A DNA stretch of 32,000 nt from an archaeon GW2011_AR10 (GTDB lineage: Archaea > Iainarchaeota > Iainarchaeia > Iainarchaeales > GW2011-AR10): assembly GCA_000830275.1 (NCBI GenBank), contig CP010424.1, positions 1,140,001 to 1,172,000 of the forward strand, read 5' to 3'. The notes beneath the pieces were generated by a model. That model saw only the letters and a program-made list of their open reading frames with translations. It was not told the origin of the DNA and did no database searches. Numbering within the stretch: the stretch's first letter is position 1; every line of letters begins with the position of its first letter. The position numbers and the translations under genes are program-made. Below are positions 1 through 8,465 of the stretch, in pieces.

Positions 1-479
1 TTGAATCAATAGCAAAGCAGCATAATTCTGTCGTGGTATCGCATGAGTCCGTATTGAATGAGCTTTCGCTGCCGCCGAGCCAGATAAAGCCGGTTAAAAT
101 AGGTGATTTGTTTTCATGCAGGGGAGTAAATGTTGAAGTCAAGTCAGCCCACCAGCCGAACTCCTTTTATCCTGTGAGCTTTTTGTTGGAACAGGGCGGG
201 AAAAAAGTTTTTTTTGCAGGCGACACGCACTTAACTGACCAGTTTAGCGAAGTGCGAGCAGACGTTGCATTGCTTCCAATTGGCGGGAACCTCACAATGG
301 ATGTAACCGATGCAGTGAAGGCAGCGAAAACAATTAAGCCAGCTTACGCTATTCCAATGCATTACAACACTTTCCCGATAATTCAGGCTGATCCGCTTGA
401 GTTCAGCCAGAGAATTGAGAAAAGCATACTGAAAACAAAGCCAGTAATACTTAAGCCGGGAGAAACGTTCGAATTTTAA
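1..479 (+). CDS. MBL-fold metal-dependent hydrolase (UPF0173-like), 5'-truncated by the window edge
   Basis: Frame 3 is open from nt 3 to the stop at 477-479, so the track ORF at 33..479 begins at an internal GTG. FFAGDTHLTDQF...LLPIGGNLTMD...AIPMHYNTFP resembles the C-terminal half of beta-lactamase-fold UPF0173 hydrolases. Confidence 0.6.
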   Translation, partial: ESIAKQHNSVVVSHESVLNELSLPPSQIKPVKIGDLFSCRGVNVEVKSAHQPNSFYPVSFLLEQGGKKVFFAGDTHLTDQFSEVRADVALLPIGGNLTMDVTDAVKAAKTIKPAYAIPMHYNTFPIIQADPLEFSQRIEKSILKTKPVILKPGETFEF

Positions 480-504
480 TTGCGGGGCACTGTCAGGCAT
501 TTGA

Positions 505-1224
505 CTATAATTTCATTTCGTTTGCTTTTCTGAGGTCGTCTTCGTCTCCCACGTCAATGCACAGTCCTTCGTGGAGCAAAAAGCCCACATTTGCACCAGA
601 TTTCATCGCAATTTTTATTGAATCAACGATCTCAAACTCGTTTCTTTCGCTTAGCTTTGTTTTCTTGATTGACTCAAATATTTTGTCTGTGAACCTGTAA
701 ATGCCTGCATTGATTAGGTTGCTTGGCTCTTTTCCAGGAGCCGGCTTTTCCACGATGTCCACAACCTTGTTTCCCTGCACTTTGAGCACGCCGTAACGCC
801 AAGGGTCCTGCACCCTCCTTGCAACAATCATCACATCGAATGGGTCAAATTCATCCATTAATGCAAGTTTTTTCAGGAGCTCTGCATCAACCAGCACGTC
901 ACCGTTGAGCATAAGGAAGCGCTCTTCAGTGTATCCTTCCACTAGGCTCACTGCGTGCGCTGTTCCAAGCTGCCGTCCCTGCACAAAGTAGTTAAGCTTC
1001 ATTCCATTGAAGTCGCTGCCAAAATGCTCTTCAACAACCTCTTTTCTGTACCCCACAACCAAGTGCGTTTCCTTAACGCCTGCTTTAAGCAAATTTTCGA
1101 GTATTCTCTCCAGCAAAGGCCTGCCGGCAACTTTCACCATTACTTTCGGGATTCCTTCAGTTACCGGCCTAAGCCGAACTCCTTTTCCTGCAGCAAGCAC
1201 AACAGCTTTCAGCTGCCCCGTCAT
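505..1224 (-). CDS. sugar-phosphate nucleotidyltransferase (short-form NTP-transferase domain protein)
   Basis: The N-terminus LKAVVLAAGKGVRLRPVTEGIPKVMVKVAGRPLL is the classic G-x-G-x-R-L nucleotidyltransferase signature. The protein is 239 aa. Its ATG overlaps the rnz stop (ATGA), implying an operon. Confidence 0.75.
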   Translation of the reverse strand: MTGQLKAVVLAAGKGVRLRPVTEGIPKVMVKVAGRPLLERILENLLKAGVKETHLVVGYRKEVVEEHFGSDFNGMKLNYFVQGRQLGTAHAVSLVEGYTEERFLMLNGDVLVDAELLKKLALMDEFDPFDVMIVARRVQDPWRYGVLKVQGNKVVDIVEKPAPGKEPSNLINAGIYRFTDKIFESIKKTKLSERNEFEIVDSIKIAMKSGANVGFLLHEGLCIDVGDEDDLRKANEMKL

Positions 1225-2132
1225 ACCTCCAACTCCAAGAAATCTTTTGCAACCGTGACATTATTGAATTCGGTTCTTGCCTCGTTCTCCAGCTTGTCTT
1301 CCTCCTTGTGCCTTGCGCTTATATGCCATAGCACCAAGTGCTTGCACCTTGTCTGCTCTGCAACCATTCCAGCCTGCTTTGCAGTTGAGTGCTTCGTTTC
1401 CAGTGCGCGCTGCGTCAGCTTCTCACTGAATGTTGCCTCGTGCACTAATACATCAGATTCCTTTATTTCGTTGAAGTAATTTTTGCTTGGCTTGGTGTCA
1501 AACACGAAACTGATTTTTTTTCCTTTCTTTGCCTTCGAGGCATCAATTACCTGCTCTGGCCTGAACTTTTTTCCGTTGACTTCCACCACCTCGCCTTTCT
1601 GGAGTCTGCTCCACAAATGCCCTTCAGGAATTCCAAGAGCCAATGCATTTTTCCTGCTGAACTCGCCCACCTTATCCTTTTCTTTGAACGCGTATCCAAA
1701 GCAGGGAACATCATGCTCTAAAGGAAAAGCCCTCACACTATAGTTTTCTTCCTCCACAACATTTCCTTTCCTTACTTCTTTTGCTTTAACCTCAAAAGTC
1801 AGGCGCATCAGTGCAGCGTTCAAGATTTTGTCAACTCTTTCCTTGACTCCGCGCGGCCCAAAAATCGTTATGGGGTAATCGCGCTGGTGAATGCTCATTG
1901 TTGCAAGCAATCCCGGCAAGCCAAGGAAGTGGTCTGCATGGAAATGCGAAATAAAAATGTACCTTATTTTCAGCATTGACACATTGCAGTGCATCATCTG
2001 CCTCTGGGTTCCTTCAGGCACATCAAACAAAAGCCATTCCCCCATGTACTTCAGTGCAGCGCAGCTTAAACCCCTGTTCTTTGTTGGGGTGGATGCAGAG
2101 CTCCCCAGAAAAACAAGCCTTGCTTTCTCCAT
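1221..2132 (-). CDS. rnz: ribonuclease Z (tRNA 3' endonuclease)
   Basis: LVFLGSSASTPTKNRGLS...LLFDVPEGTQRQ...FISHFHADHFLGLPGLLATM...IFGPRG contains the HxHxDH metallo-beta-lactamase motif in RNase Z context. The 303-aa length is typical of short-form RNase Z. Confidence 0.85.
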   Translation of the reverse strand: MEKARLVFLGSSASTPTKNRGLSCAALKYMGEWLLFDVPEGTQRQMMHCNVSMLKIRYIFISHFHADHFLGLPGLLATMSIHQRDYPITIFGPRGVKERVDKILNAALMRLTFEVKAKEVRKGNVVEEENYSVRAFPLEHDVPCFGYAFKEKDKVGEFSRKNALALGIPEGHLWSRLQKGEVVEVNGKKFRPEQVIDASKAKKGKKISFVFDTKPSKNYFNEIKESDVLVHEATFSEKLTQRALETKHSTAKQAGMVAEQTRCKHLVLWHISARHKEEDKLENEARTEFNNVTVAKDFLELEV

Positions 2133-2270
2133 GTAAATTAAAAGAAATAATAAACTGTTTAAATTGATTCATTTCGCGGTTTTCTGTCCTGTTTTTGGGC
2201 CTTTAACTCATCATGTTTTTTTCATGAGTGCTGAAAACAAATAAATAATAGTAGAATTATTAATGTAAAG

Positions 2271-5200
2271 ATGGGTAAAGCACAGGTGCCGGTTGAGCTG
2301 ATTGCAATTGTTGGCGCTGCAGTCTTGCTTGTAGCCATTGGAACCATTGCAGTAGTTGTTTTAAGTCTTCCTCCGACCCCTGTTCCAGTTGACGGCAATG
2401 GCGGTGTTCCATCGTCAATTGCTTGCTCTGATGGAACGCCTGCATCAAACTGCGCGGTTAAGCAGCCTTTTTACTGCGATGAAACAGGAAACCTTGTGGA
2501 AAACTTTTGCTTTGGTCTGGATAAGGCTGTTGGAACATCAGATGACTGCGGCTGCCAAGCGGAAACTGCATGCAGCAACAGCGGTGAATGCGTTCAAATA
2601 ACGTCGCTTGAGGAAATCAAGTGCTCTGACGGAACACTCGCTGGAAGCTGCTCTGCAACAAAACCTTTTTCGTGCGATGAAAACGGCGTGCTCAAGAACA
2701 GCTGCTCTGCTTGCGGCTGCCCGGATGGCTATTCGTGTGAAGCCAGTGGCTCATGTGCCCCAATTGCTCCAAGTGATGCTATTGCTTGCTCTGACGGCAC
2801 GTCTGTTGATTCGTGCTCTACCTTGAAGCCTTTTTACTGCAGCAGTTCAGGCAGCCTGTTAACAGAGTTCTGTTTTGGCCCGGACAGGGCTGTTGGAACA
2901 TCAGATGATTGCGGTTGCCCGCAATATTATTCCTGCAATTCCGAGGGAAGCTGTGAAAGCGATGTTATTTCAACCAGCAATTGTTCCGATTCCTCGCTGT
3001 TGAATACCTGCTCTCAACAGAAACCATTTTACTGCAACAGTGCAGGAACGCTTGTCAACAATTTTTGCTTTGGCCCGGACAGAGTTAGTGGAAACGCTGA
3101 TGACTGTGGTTGCGCTGCTGGTTCAGAGTGCCTTCCTGACGGCTCATGCATTGTTGCATTTGTTTTCAATTCCTGTTCTGACGGCACTGAATTCGGCAGC
3201 TGCTCTCAAACAAAACCCTTTCTGTGCAATGATGCAGGCATCCTTGAAAGCAACTGCTCTGTTTGCGGTTGCACGCAGGGCTTTGCATGCAATATTTCTG
3301 GAGCCTGCTCTCCCATTGTTCCCTCGCTTTACTGCTCTAATGGAACAAGGCTTAATTCCTGCTCTGTTCTTAAGCCAAAGTACTGCAACAGTAGCGGAGA
3401 ACTTGTTGATAACTGTGCAAGCTGCGGTTGCCCCGACAATTATTCTTGCCAGCAGAATGGCTTGTGTGCTCCAATTGTTCTGCCATCGCAGTGTTTGGGA
3501 GGAATTCCCATTGACTCTTGTTCTCAGCAAAAGCCGCTTTACTGCACTCCTGAAGGGCAGCTGGTAAATGATTGCAATAGGTGTGGTTGCCCGGAAAACC
3601 TGCCTGTATGCGCTTTTAATGGCGCGTGCCAGCCAGTCAGCCAACAGGAACCGGCTGGCTTTTTCGTGCAATTTGTTGGCGCAAACCCAACCACGTGGGA
3701 ATCAAAGACAACTGTTTTCAATTTCCCGCGAGGCACTCCAGAGAATGACAGCTGGACTGGAAGCAGAACAGCGTTGAAAGACTTGGAGCCAATGCCTGAC
3801 GGTTCAGGTTACTTCGAGTTAATGGATTACCCTTCCATTGGCGGAGCACAGATTCAGTCAAAGCCGCAGAGCATTGCAGCAAACCTGAATTTGGGTGACT
3901 GCTGGGCAAAACCGAAGCCAGTTAAACTGAAAGTCAACTCTTCCGTTACCGGTTACTACATTCTGCAGGAAACAGGGAGAGTTTGCGCTTCAAGGCTTAA
4001 TGCGTTCGGCAACACCTTAAACATTTCCCCTGCAAAAGCAGTTGACTTGGAAATTGTTGCAAATAGTTCCGGCAACGTTGTCGGCTACTACATTCTTGAT
4101 TCAACCGGAAAAATCCACAATTTTGGTGAAGCCGGTGCAACCATTGACTTGGAGCGCATTTCAACAAATGCTGAAGTGCTTGACCTGGAGTTAACTCCTT
4201 CCGGCAAAGGCGCATTTGTTCTTGACTCTCAAACAAGAATTCATGCAAGGGGAGATGCTGATGCGCTGTTTTTTTCTGGAAGCAATGCTCCCCCGGTTCT
4301 GCCGCAAGGGTACGCGCCAAAAAGAATTTCAATGCTGTTCAATGAAAGCGGCGGACTGCAAGGGTATTTTTTGTTCGATTCATTCGGAGTTGCTCATGCA
4401 AGGGGCATTGCAGTTGAATCAGATATTCCTGCGTGGATTTTCCAGAACTTTGAGGTTGATGGAGGAGTCCTTGCAGGAAACCTTCCTGATGCGGAAATAG
4501 TTGCGTTCCCTGCTTTTGCTGACTTGAGTGTTGATGAAAGAGATATTTCTGTTTCAGGGGGAAAAATTTCTGCAACCATTAAAGCAGAAAAAGGCAGGGC
4601 TTCTAACATCAAGGTGAGTTTTTTTGAGGGCGACCCTGATTTAGTGGGAAGACTGCTTGGCAGCCAAACAATTTCTGCATTGCAGGAAGGCCAGGCAAGT
4701 GTTGTGCAACTAAATTATGTTCCGCCTGCTTCTTCAGTGCATATTCACGTGATAGTTGACCCTGATAATACTGTTACGGAAACAAAAGAGCAGAACAATC
4801 GCGCCTACAAAGTTGTCAACAGGAACTTTTCCTCAAGGATAACCATTAATGGATTGAAATTAATGGATGGGGGCAGCACTTGGAACCTTCACGGAATAAT
4901 TTATTTTGGCCCACAGGGAACTCCAGGAGCTGGATTAAATTTTGGTGATTTGACTGAATGGGAGGCAAAGGCCAAAAAAGTCATTGCAGCTGACCTCAGT
5001 GAAATGCAGCGAAGAAACTTTAATGCGGTTTTTGTTTTCGGCAACTTGTGCAACGTAGGAACTGCTTTTCCGCTTTCAAAAGACAAAGTTAACGAGCTTG
5101 CAACAAACAGGTTCAAGTGGTTCATTGATCAGGCGGAACTGCGTGGCATAAGGGTTTTTGGCTCGTGCCTTAACGACGGCATTGTCCCAAAACTTGGCGG

Positions 5201-7136
5201 CGATGGGTTTTCATCAGTTAACGCTTTGCCTGCATTCAATGCCTCAATGAGAACCGCGTTGGTTGACAGGATTGAAAAATATGATGATGAATTGGCTGAC
5301 CACCTTGGTTTTGTTGCCGGGTTTTCTTTTCCCGACAAAATATCTGAAAGCCTAATTCCTGAGTGCAATAATGTGCCTGCATGCAAGCAGTCGTGGAACG
5401 ACTGGTTAATGCAGAAATACGGAACTTTTTCCAACCTGCAAACTGCCTGGGGAGGCAAGCTCAATGAAAGGGAAACCTCTTTCGGAACAATTGAGGCTTA
5501 TTGGAGGAACCCTTTTATTTTAAGGGACACTTTCGCTTATCCGAGGCGACTTGACTGGCTTGAATTCGAGTATGCAATGCAGGAAAGAACCGCTTCAATG
5601 CTTGCTTCAAGGATAACTTACCCTGACCTCACTTTCCTTGCAACAGATTTTGAATCCTTTTTTGGCGCATCGCACAAGCACGAGTTCACTGCTCCAAGCT
5701 TTGACTTTTTTGGGTCTGAAAACTATGCAGTGCCAACATTTCAGCAGGAAAGCCACCCCTTTGTTGGAAAAAATTTTGCATTTGACTTGGGTTATGCTGT
5801 TGCATTGGGAAAAATTTGGCAGTCATCAGGGAAACCATTCTATCAGGTTACGAGTTACGGGCTTGTAAACAGCAAACAGCAGGCTGCAAAGAATTACTAC
5901 AACTCAATTGTTCCTTTGCTGTTTACAACAGGGAATGCAGGAGTTTTTTACTGGGATTTTGGCATTCAGGCAGACAGGTTCAATCATTTCATCAGGAGTG
6001 GTTCACCGGAAACCGGCATAACCTACAACAGCAGCGAAGTGAATGATGCAATTGAGCTTTGGGGTTATGCTGCAAAGAATTTCGGCATTTACGCAGACAA
6101 CTTGAATGCAAGTGCACTCATTCTTGTCAACAGGCCTGAATTTATAATCGCTCCGGATGGTTCCGGCACTGATTACACAGGTCCAATGAATAAGGTTCCG
6201 GCAATTGTCAACAGCTTAATGCAGTTAGGGGTTCCTTTTGATGTAAAGTATTCTTCTGTTGCAGACAAAGTAATTTCTGTTTCAGAGCTTGGAAAATACA
6301 AATTGGTAATTTTTGTAGGAAAAGACGTTGACCTGGAGCACTTCGAGCCAGGAAATAACTTTGGGCAAAGCCTGCAGCAGTATGTTACTGGTGGTGGAAC
6401 ACTGTTTTTGTTCACCGAGCCAAAGCCAACGCACAGGAACGAGCACTATGTTGAGGTTTCAACCCCGGAAGTTCACTCTCTTGTATTAAACCACTCCGGA
6501 AGCGTTAACACCAGCTTTTCACAGCATGAATGGATTTTTAGTGCTGACCCAAATTGGTCTTCAGGCACAAAAACAATTCCTGTGAGGACTGATTTGCCTC
6601 CTTTTACAGTTAAGGTTGCTGAATTCAAGTTCGCAGACTACAATGGTTTGGCAGGGCAGCCCGGAGTAAAAGTTCTGGCAAGCAATTCAGAGGGAAAGCC
6701 GACTTTGCTTAGAATAACCAGTGGTTCCGGAAAAGTAATTCTTTCAGCTTACAGCACCGCGTTCTTAAGGGATTTTACTATGAGCGACAGCATGGTGTTG
6801 CCTGACTCCAGCGAGGCAAACTTTTTGTTTGAGGGCCTTGCAAGAGAAGCCGGCATTCCCGTTGAAAAATTAGGTTCAAAAGTTTACAACATTAAAGCAT
6901 CAGGGCAGAGGCTCATACTGAATGAATTCTCTGAGGGAAGCCAAGCAAAGACAATAACATTAAATGACTGCGGTTACACTCAGCAGTTTTCCCTGCCGCC
7001 CAACGGCGTGCTTCTGGTGAACCCAAGAGTGCTGGTTGGAAACCCAAGCTCACTGCCTGCAGGTGCAACAGTTGTCAAGCGCGGCCCTGACAATTTGGTG
7101 GTTGCCAGAATGCCTTCAGGCATAAGATGTGGTTAA
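2271..7136 (+). CDS. giant (1621 aa) membrane-anchored extracellular mosaic protein: N-terminal TM anchor, 7 Cys-rich modules, propeller-like repeats, CARDB-like domain, GH42-like glycosidase plus trimerisation-like module
   Basis: Single uninterrupted ORF. Residues 9-33 are hydrophobic (ELIAIVGAAVLLVAIGTIAVVVLSL). The Cys modules occupy aa 52-453. NIKVSFFEGDPDLVG...VVQLNYVPP...IHVIVDPDNTVTETKEQNN looks like CARDB. WNDWLMQKYGTFSNLQTAWGG and LGVPFDVKYS...LGKYKLVIFVGKD...YVTGGGTLFLF resemble the GH42 beta-galactosidase catalytic and trimerisation domains. Confidence 0.8.
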   Translation: MGKAQVPVELIAIVGAAVLLVAIGTIAVVVLSLPPTPVPVDGNGGVPSSIACSDGTPASNCAVKQPFYCDETGNLVENFCFGLDKAVGTSDDCGCQAETACSNSGECVQITSLEEIKCSDGTLAGSCSATKPFSCDENGVLKNSCSACGCPDGYSCEASGSCAPIAPSDAIACSDGTSVDSCSTLKPFYCSSSGSLLTEFCFGPDRAVGTSDDCGCPQYYSCNSEGSCESDVISTSNCSDSSLLNTCSQQKPFYCNSAGTLVNNFCFGPDRVSGNADDCGCAAGSECLPDGSCIVAFVFNSCSDGTEFGSCSQTKPFLCNDAGILESNCSVCGCTQGFACNISGACSPIVPSLYCSNGTRLNSCSVLKPKYCNSSGELVDNCASCGCPDNYSCQQNGLCAPIVLPSQCLGGIPIDSCSQQKPLYCTPEGQLVNDCNRCGCPENLPVCAFNGACQPVSQQEPAGFFVQFVGANPTTWESKTTVFNFPRGTPENDSWTGSRTALKDLEPMPDGSGYFELMDYPSIGGAQIQSKPQSIAANLNLGDCWAKPKPVKLKVNSSVTGYYILQETGRVCASRLNAFGNTLNISPAKAVDLEIVANSSGNVVGYYILDSTGKIHNFGEAGATIDLERISTNAEVLDLELTPSGKGAFVLDSQTRIHARGDADALFFSGSNAPPVLPQGYAPKRISMLFNESGGLQGYFLFDSFGVAHARGIAVESDIPAWIFQNFEVDGGVLAGNLPDAEIVAFPAFADLSVDERDISVSGGKISATIKAEKGRASNIKVSFFEGDPDLVGRLLGSQTISALQEGQASVVQLNYVPPASSVHIHVIVDPDNTVTETKEQNNRAYKVVNRNFSSRITINGLKLMDGGSTWNLHGIIYFGPQGTPGAGLNFGDLTEWEAKAKKVIAADLSEMQRRNFNAVFVFGNLCNVGTAFPLSKDKVNELATNRFKWFIDQAELRGIRVFGSCLNDGIVPKLGGDGFSSVNALPAFNASMRTALVDRIEKYDDELADHLGFVAGFSFPDKISESLIPECNNVPACKQSWNDWLMQKYGTFSNLQTAWGGKLNERETSFGTIEAYWRNPFILRDTFAYPRRLDWLEFEYAMQERTASMLASRITYPDLTFLATDFESFFGASHKHEFTAPSFDFFGSENYAVPTFQQESHPFVGKNFAFDLGYAVALGKIWQSSGKPFYQVTSYGLVNSKQQAAKNYYNSIVPLLFTTGNAGVFYWDFGIQADRFNHFIRSGSPETGITYNSSEVNDAIELWGYAAKNFGIYADNLNASALILVNRPEFIIAPDGSGTDYTGPMNKVPAIVNSLMQLGVPFDVKYSSVADKVISVSELGKYKLVIFVGKDVDLEHFEPGNNFGQSLQQYVTGGGTLFLFTEPKPTHRNEHYVEVSTPEVHSLVLNHSGSVNTSFSQHEWIFSADPNWSSGTKTIPVRTDLPPFTVKVAEFKFADYNGLAGQPGVKVLASNSEGKPTLLRITSGSGKVILSAYSTAFLRDFTMSDSMVLPDSSEANFLFEGLAREAGIPVEKLGSKVYNIKASGQRLILNEFSEGSQAKTITLNDCGYTQQFSLPPNGVLLVNPRVLVGNPSSLPAGATVVKRGPDNLVVARMPSGIRCG
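2424..3629 (+). repeat. seven tandem Cys-rich coding modules (45-56 aa each, 8 Cys each) inside the giant surface-protein gene
   Basis: The modules start at C52, C118, C173, C238, C302, C355 and C408. Consensus: CSDGTxxxxCSxxKPFYCxxxGxLxxx(C | FCFGxDxxxGxxDD)CGCxxxxxCxxxGxC. The long form (modules 1, 3, 4) carries a roughly 10-aa FGxDxxVGTSDD insertion. Confidence 0.85.
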
Positions 7137-7139
7137 AAA

Positions 7140-7295
7140 TCATTAATTTACAGAGCTGCCTTCGCCAAAAAACTTTTAAAAAAAGTTTTATCAAAAATGG
7201 GCTTCGCCATAACCTTTTAAAAAACCCTAGCAAAATCATAGATTTTGCGGGCCACGTAAACCCTTTTCAGCAAAAGGTTTGCGAAAAGTGCCTTC
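7140..7295. repeat. copy of a dispersed composite intergenic repeat, inverted relative to the 23630-23823 copy
   Basis: The reverse complement of 7229-7255 (GTGGCCCGCAAAATCTATGATTTTGCT) is identical 27/27 to 23761-23787. The reverse complement of 7275-7288 (CTTTTCGCAAACC) matches the start of the 23630 unit. Internal tandem motif: GCCTTCGCCAAAAAACTTTTAAAAAA / GCTTCGCCATAACCTTTTAAAAAA. Confidence 0.8.
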
Positions 7296-7302
7296 AATAC
7301 AT

Positions 7303-7725
7303 TTAGTCTTTAATTTCGAATTTATTATTGGGATAATCAAATAAAACCCTAAAATGTTCAAAAAAACTTGAGCCTATTATAATGTTTTCGTGAGATTTAG
7401 TTTTACTTAACTGGACAGCACATTTACATCTTATTTGGATTTTTTCGTTCCTTTTTTGGATTTTAATTGTTACATAAGATAAAGAAGTAGCAAAAGAACT
7501 TCCAGAATAAGACTTTGCATTTTTAGTATTTTTTGTATCGTATTCAAGTTTTAATTCGTCTGCAATTTCTTTTGGGATTAAAATGAATGGAGAACCTGTA
7601 TCCAATATTGCGGTAAAATTAAGGGCTATGCTATCTTTTCCTATTAAAGTAATAGGCACTATTGGCTCTTTTATATATGTGCTATCTCCAATATGAACGT
7701 GTTTACAATTAAATCGTAAATTCAT
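7303..7725 (-). CDS. retropepsin-like (clan AA) single-domain aspartic protease
   Basis: AILDTGSPFILIP contains the D-T/S-G catalytic loop and IIGSSFFEHF is the conserved hydrophobic-hydrophobic-Gly motif. The 140-aa length fits a homodimerising retropepsin fold. The gene lies in the AT-rich island, 10 nt downstream of the 69-aa gene. Confidence 0.7.
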   Translation of the reverse strand: MNLRFNCKHVHIGDSTYIKEPIVPITLIGKDSIALNFTAILDTGSPFILIPKEIADELKLEYDTKNTKNAKSYSGSSFATSLSYVTIKIQKRNEKIQIRCKCAVQLSKTKSHENIIIGSSFFEHFRVLFDYPNNKFEIKD

Positions 7726-7735
7726 AAGTTTAAGT

Positions 7736-7945
7736 TTATAGGTAACTTGCTGTTTTTTTTACTTTAGATATTAGAACTTTTGAAAGAGGTTTTCCTTCAT
7801 TTTTTACTTTTTCTAAGACTTTTTTAAGAGTTAATCCATGGGCTATTACATTTTTTTCGTAAATGGCTATCCATTCTCCCTCTTTATAATTATCAAAATT
7901 GTTGTCTAGAAAATATTGAAAACTTTTTTCAATTGTAAGTCCCAT
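7736..7945 (-). CDS. small protein resembling the DUF5678 family (partner of the retropepsin-like protease)
   Basis: 69 aa. NYKEGEWIAIYEKNVIAHGLTLKKVLEKVKNEG matches, from memory, the xGKWVAIxxxKVIxxGxxxxEVxxKA pattern of DUF5678-type proteins. It is the first gene of a two-gene operon with the protease. Confidence 0.5.
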   Translation of the reverse strand: MGLTIEKSFQYFLDNNFDNYKEGEWIAIYEKNVIAHGLTLKKVLEKVKNEGKPLSKVLISKVKKTASYL

Positions 7946-8164
7946 TATATCACATATAGTGTTTCAACATTTAAAAAGGTTTTGCCACACAAGAAACTAT
8001 TTACAAACCTTTTTTTTGGGTTTTCTGTTTACAAAGCACCTTTCTCACCTCCTTTTAGTTTTTTTCATAAATAAGCTGAATACTGGAGACTTAAGAAATC
8101 ATCAAGACCCTCAACATACAGACAAAAAAAGAAAAAATTCTATTAGAGTTAAGATAGTAAACTA

Positions 8165-8171
8165 TTTATAT
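8165..8171 (+). promoter_or_regulatory. TATA-box candidate for the 8193 gene
   Basis: TTTATAT is centred about 25 nt upstream of the ATG at 8193, consistent with a leaderless or short-leader archaeal promoter. Confidence 0.4.
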
Positions 8172-8192
8172 GAGGTCAAATAATATCTTTTA

Positions 8193-8465
8193 ATGTCAGA
8201 GCCAACATTAGAAGATTTGCAAGAGCTCGCCAGAAAAACAGAAATGCAACTCCACGAACTTAATAGGTCACGAGAGTTATTGGTGCGTGATGCAAGCCCC
8301 CATATGTCTAAGGACTATTTTACCCAATTAAAAGGACATATAGCTACAATAGACAAAAAAATTGAAGATGTAACAAAAAAATTAGAAAAATTAAGGACTA
8401 ATATAAAAAGAAGAAAGGGAATGTCAAAACCTCAAAGAAACCTCCCTAGAAAAAGAAGATTTTAA
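8193..8465 (+). CDS. hypothetical 90-aa coiled-coil protein with a strongly basic C-terminal tail
   Basis: ATG-initiated ORF in the AT-rich island with a TATA box upstream. The core is heptad-like (LEDLQELARKTEMQLHELNRSRELL; IATIDKKIEDVTKKLEKLRTNI) and the tail is RRKGMSKPQRNLPRKRRF. I recognise no family. Confidence 0.5.
   Translation: MSEPTLEDLQELARKTEMQLHELNRSRELLVRDASPHMSKDYFTQLKGHIATIDKKIEDVTKKLEKLRTNIKRRKGMSKPQRNLPRKRRF

Noticed and set aside
955-1479. A 174-aa plus-strand ORF spanning the junction between the nucleotidyltransferase and RNase Z genes.
   Set aside because: It is antisense to two well-supported genes that overlap by ATGA. The Ser/Cys/Phe-rich translation has no motifs.
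2389-6415. Many 60-175-aa ORFs on both strands inside the 1621-aa gene, for example 3040..3567 (+), 3144..3671 (-), 3997..4332 (-) and 5129..5464 (-).
   Set aside because: All are nested in or antisense to one long, motif-rich ORF. Their translations are low-complexity (Ala/Leu/Gln/Arg-rich) and carry no recognisable motif. They are typical shadow ORFs.
7959-8183. A 74-aa plus-strand ORF in the divergent spacer of the AT-rich island.
   Set aside because: It has a non-ATG start and covers the region that must hold the two divergent promoters, including the TATA box at 8165. The sequence is low-complexity and Phe/Leu/Lys-rich, as expected from AT-rich non-coding DNA.
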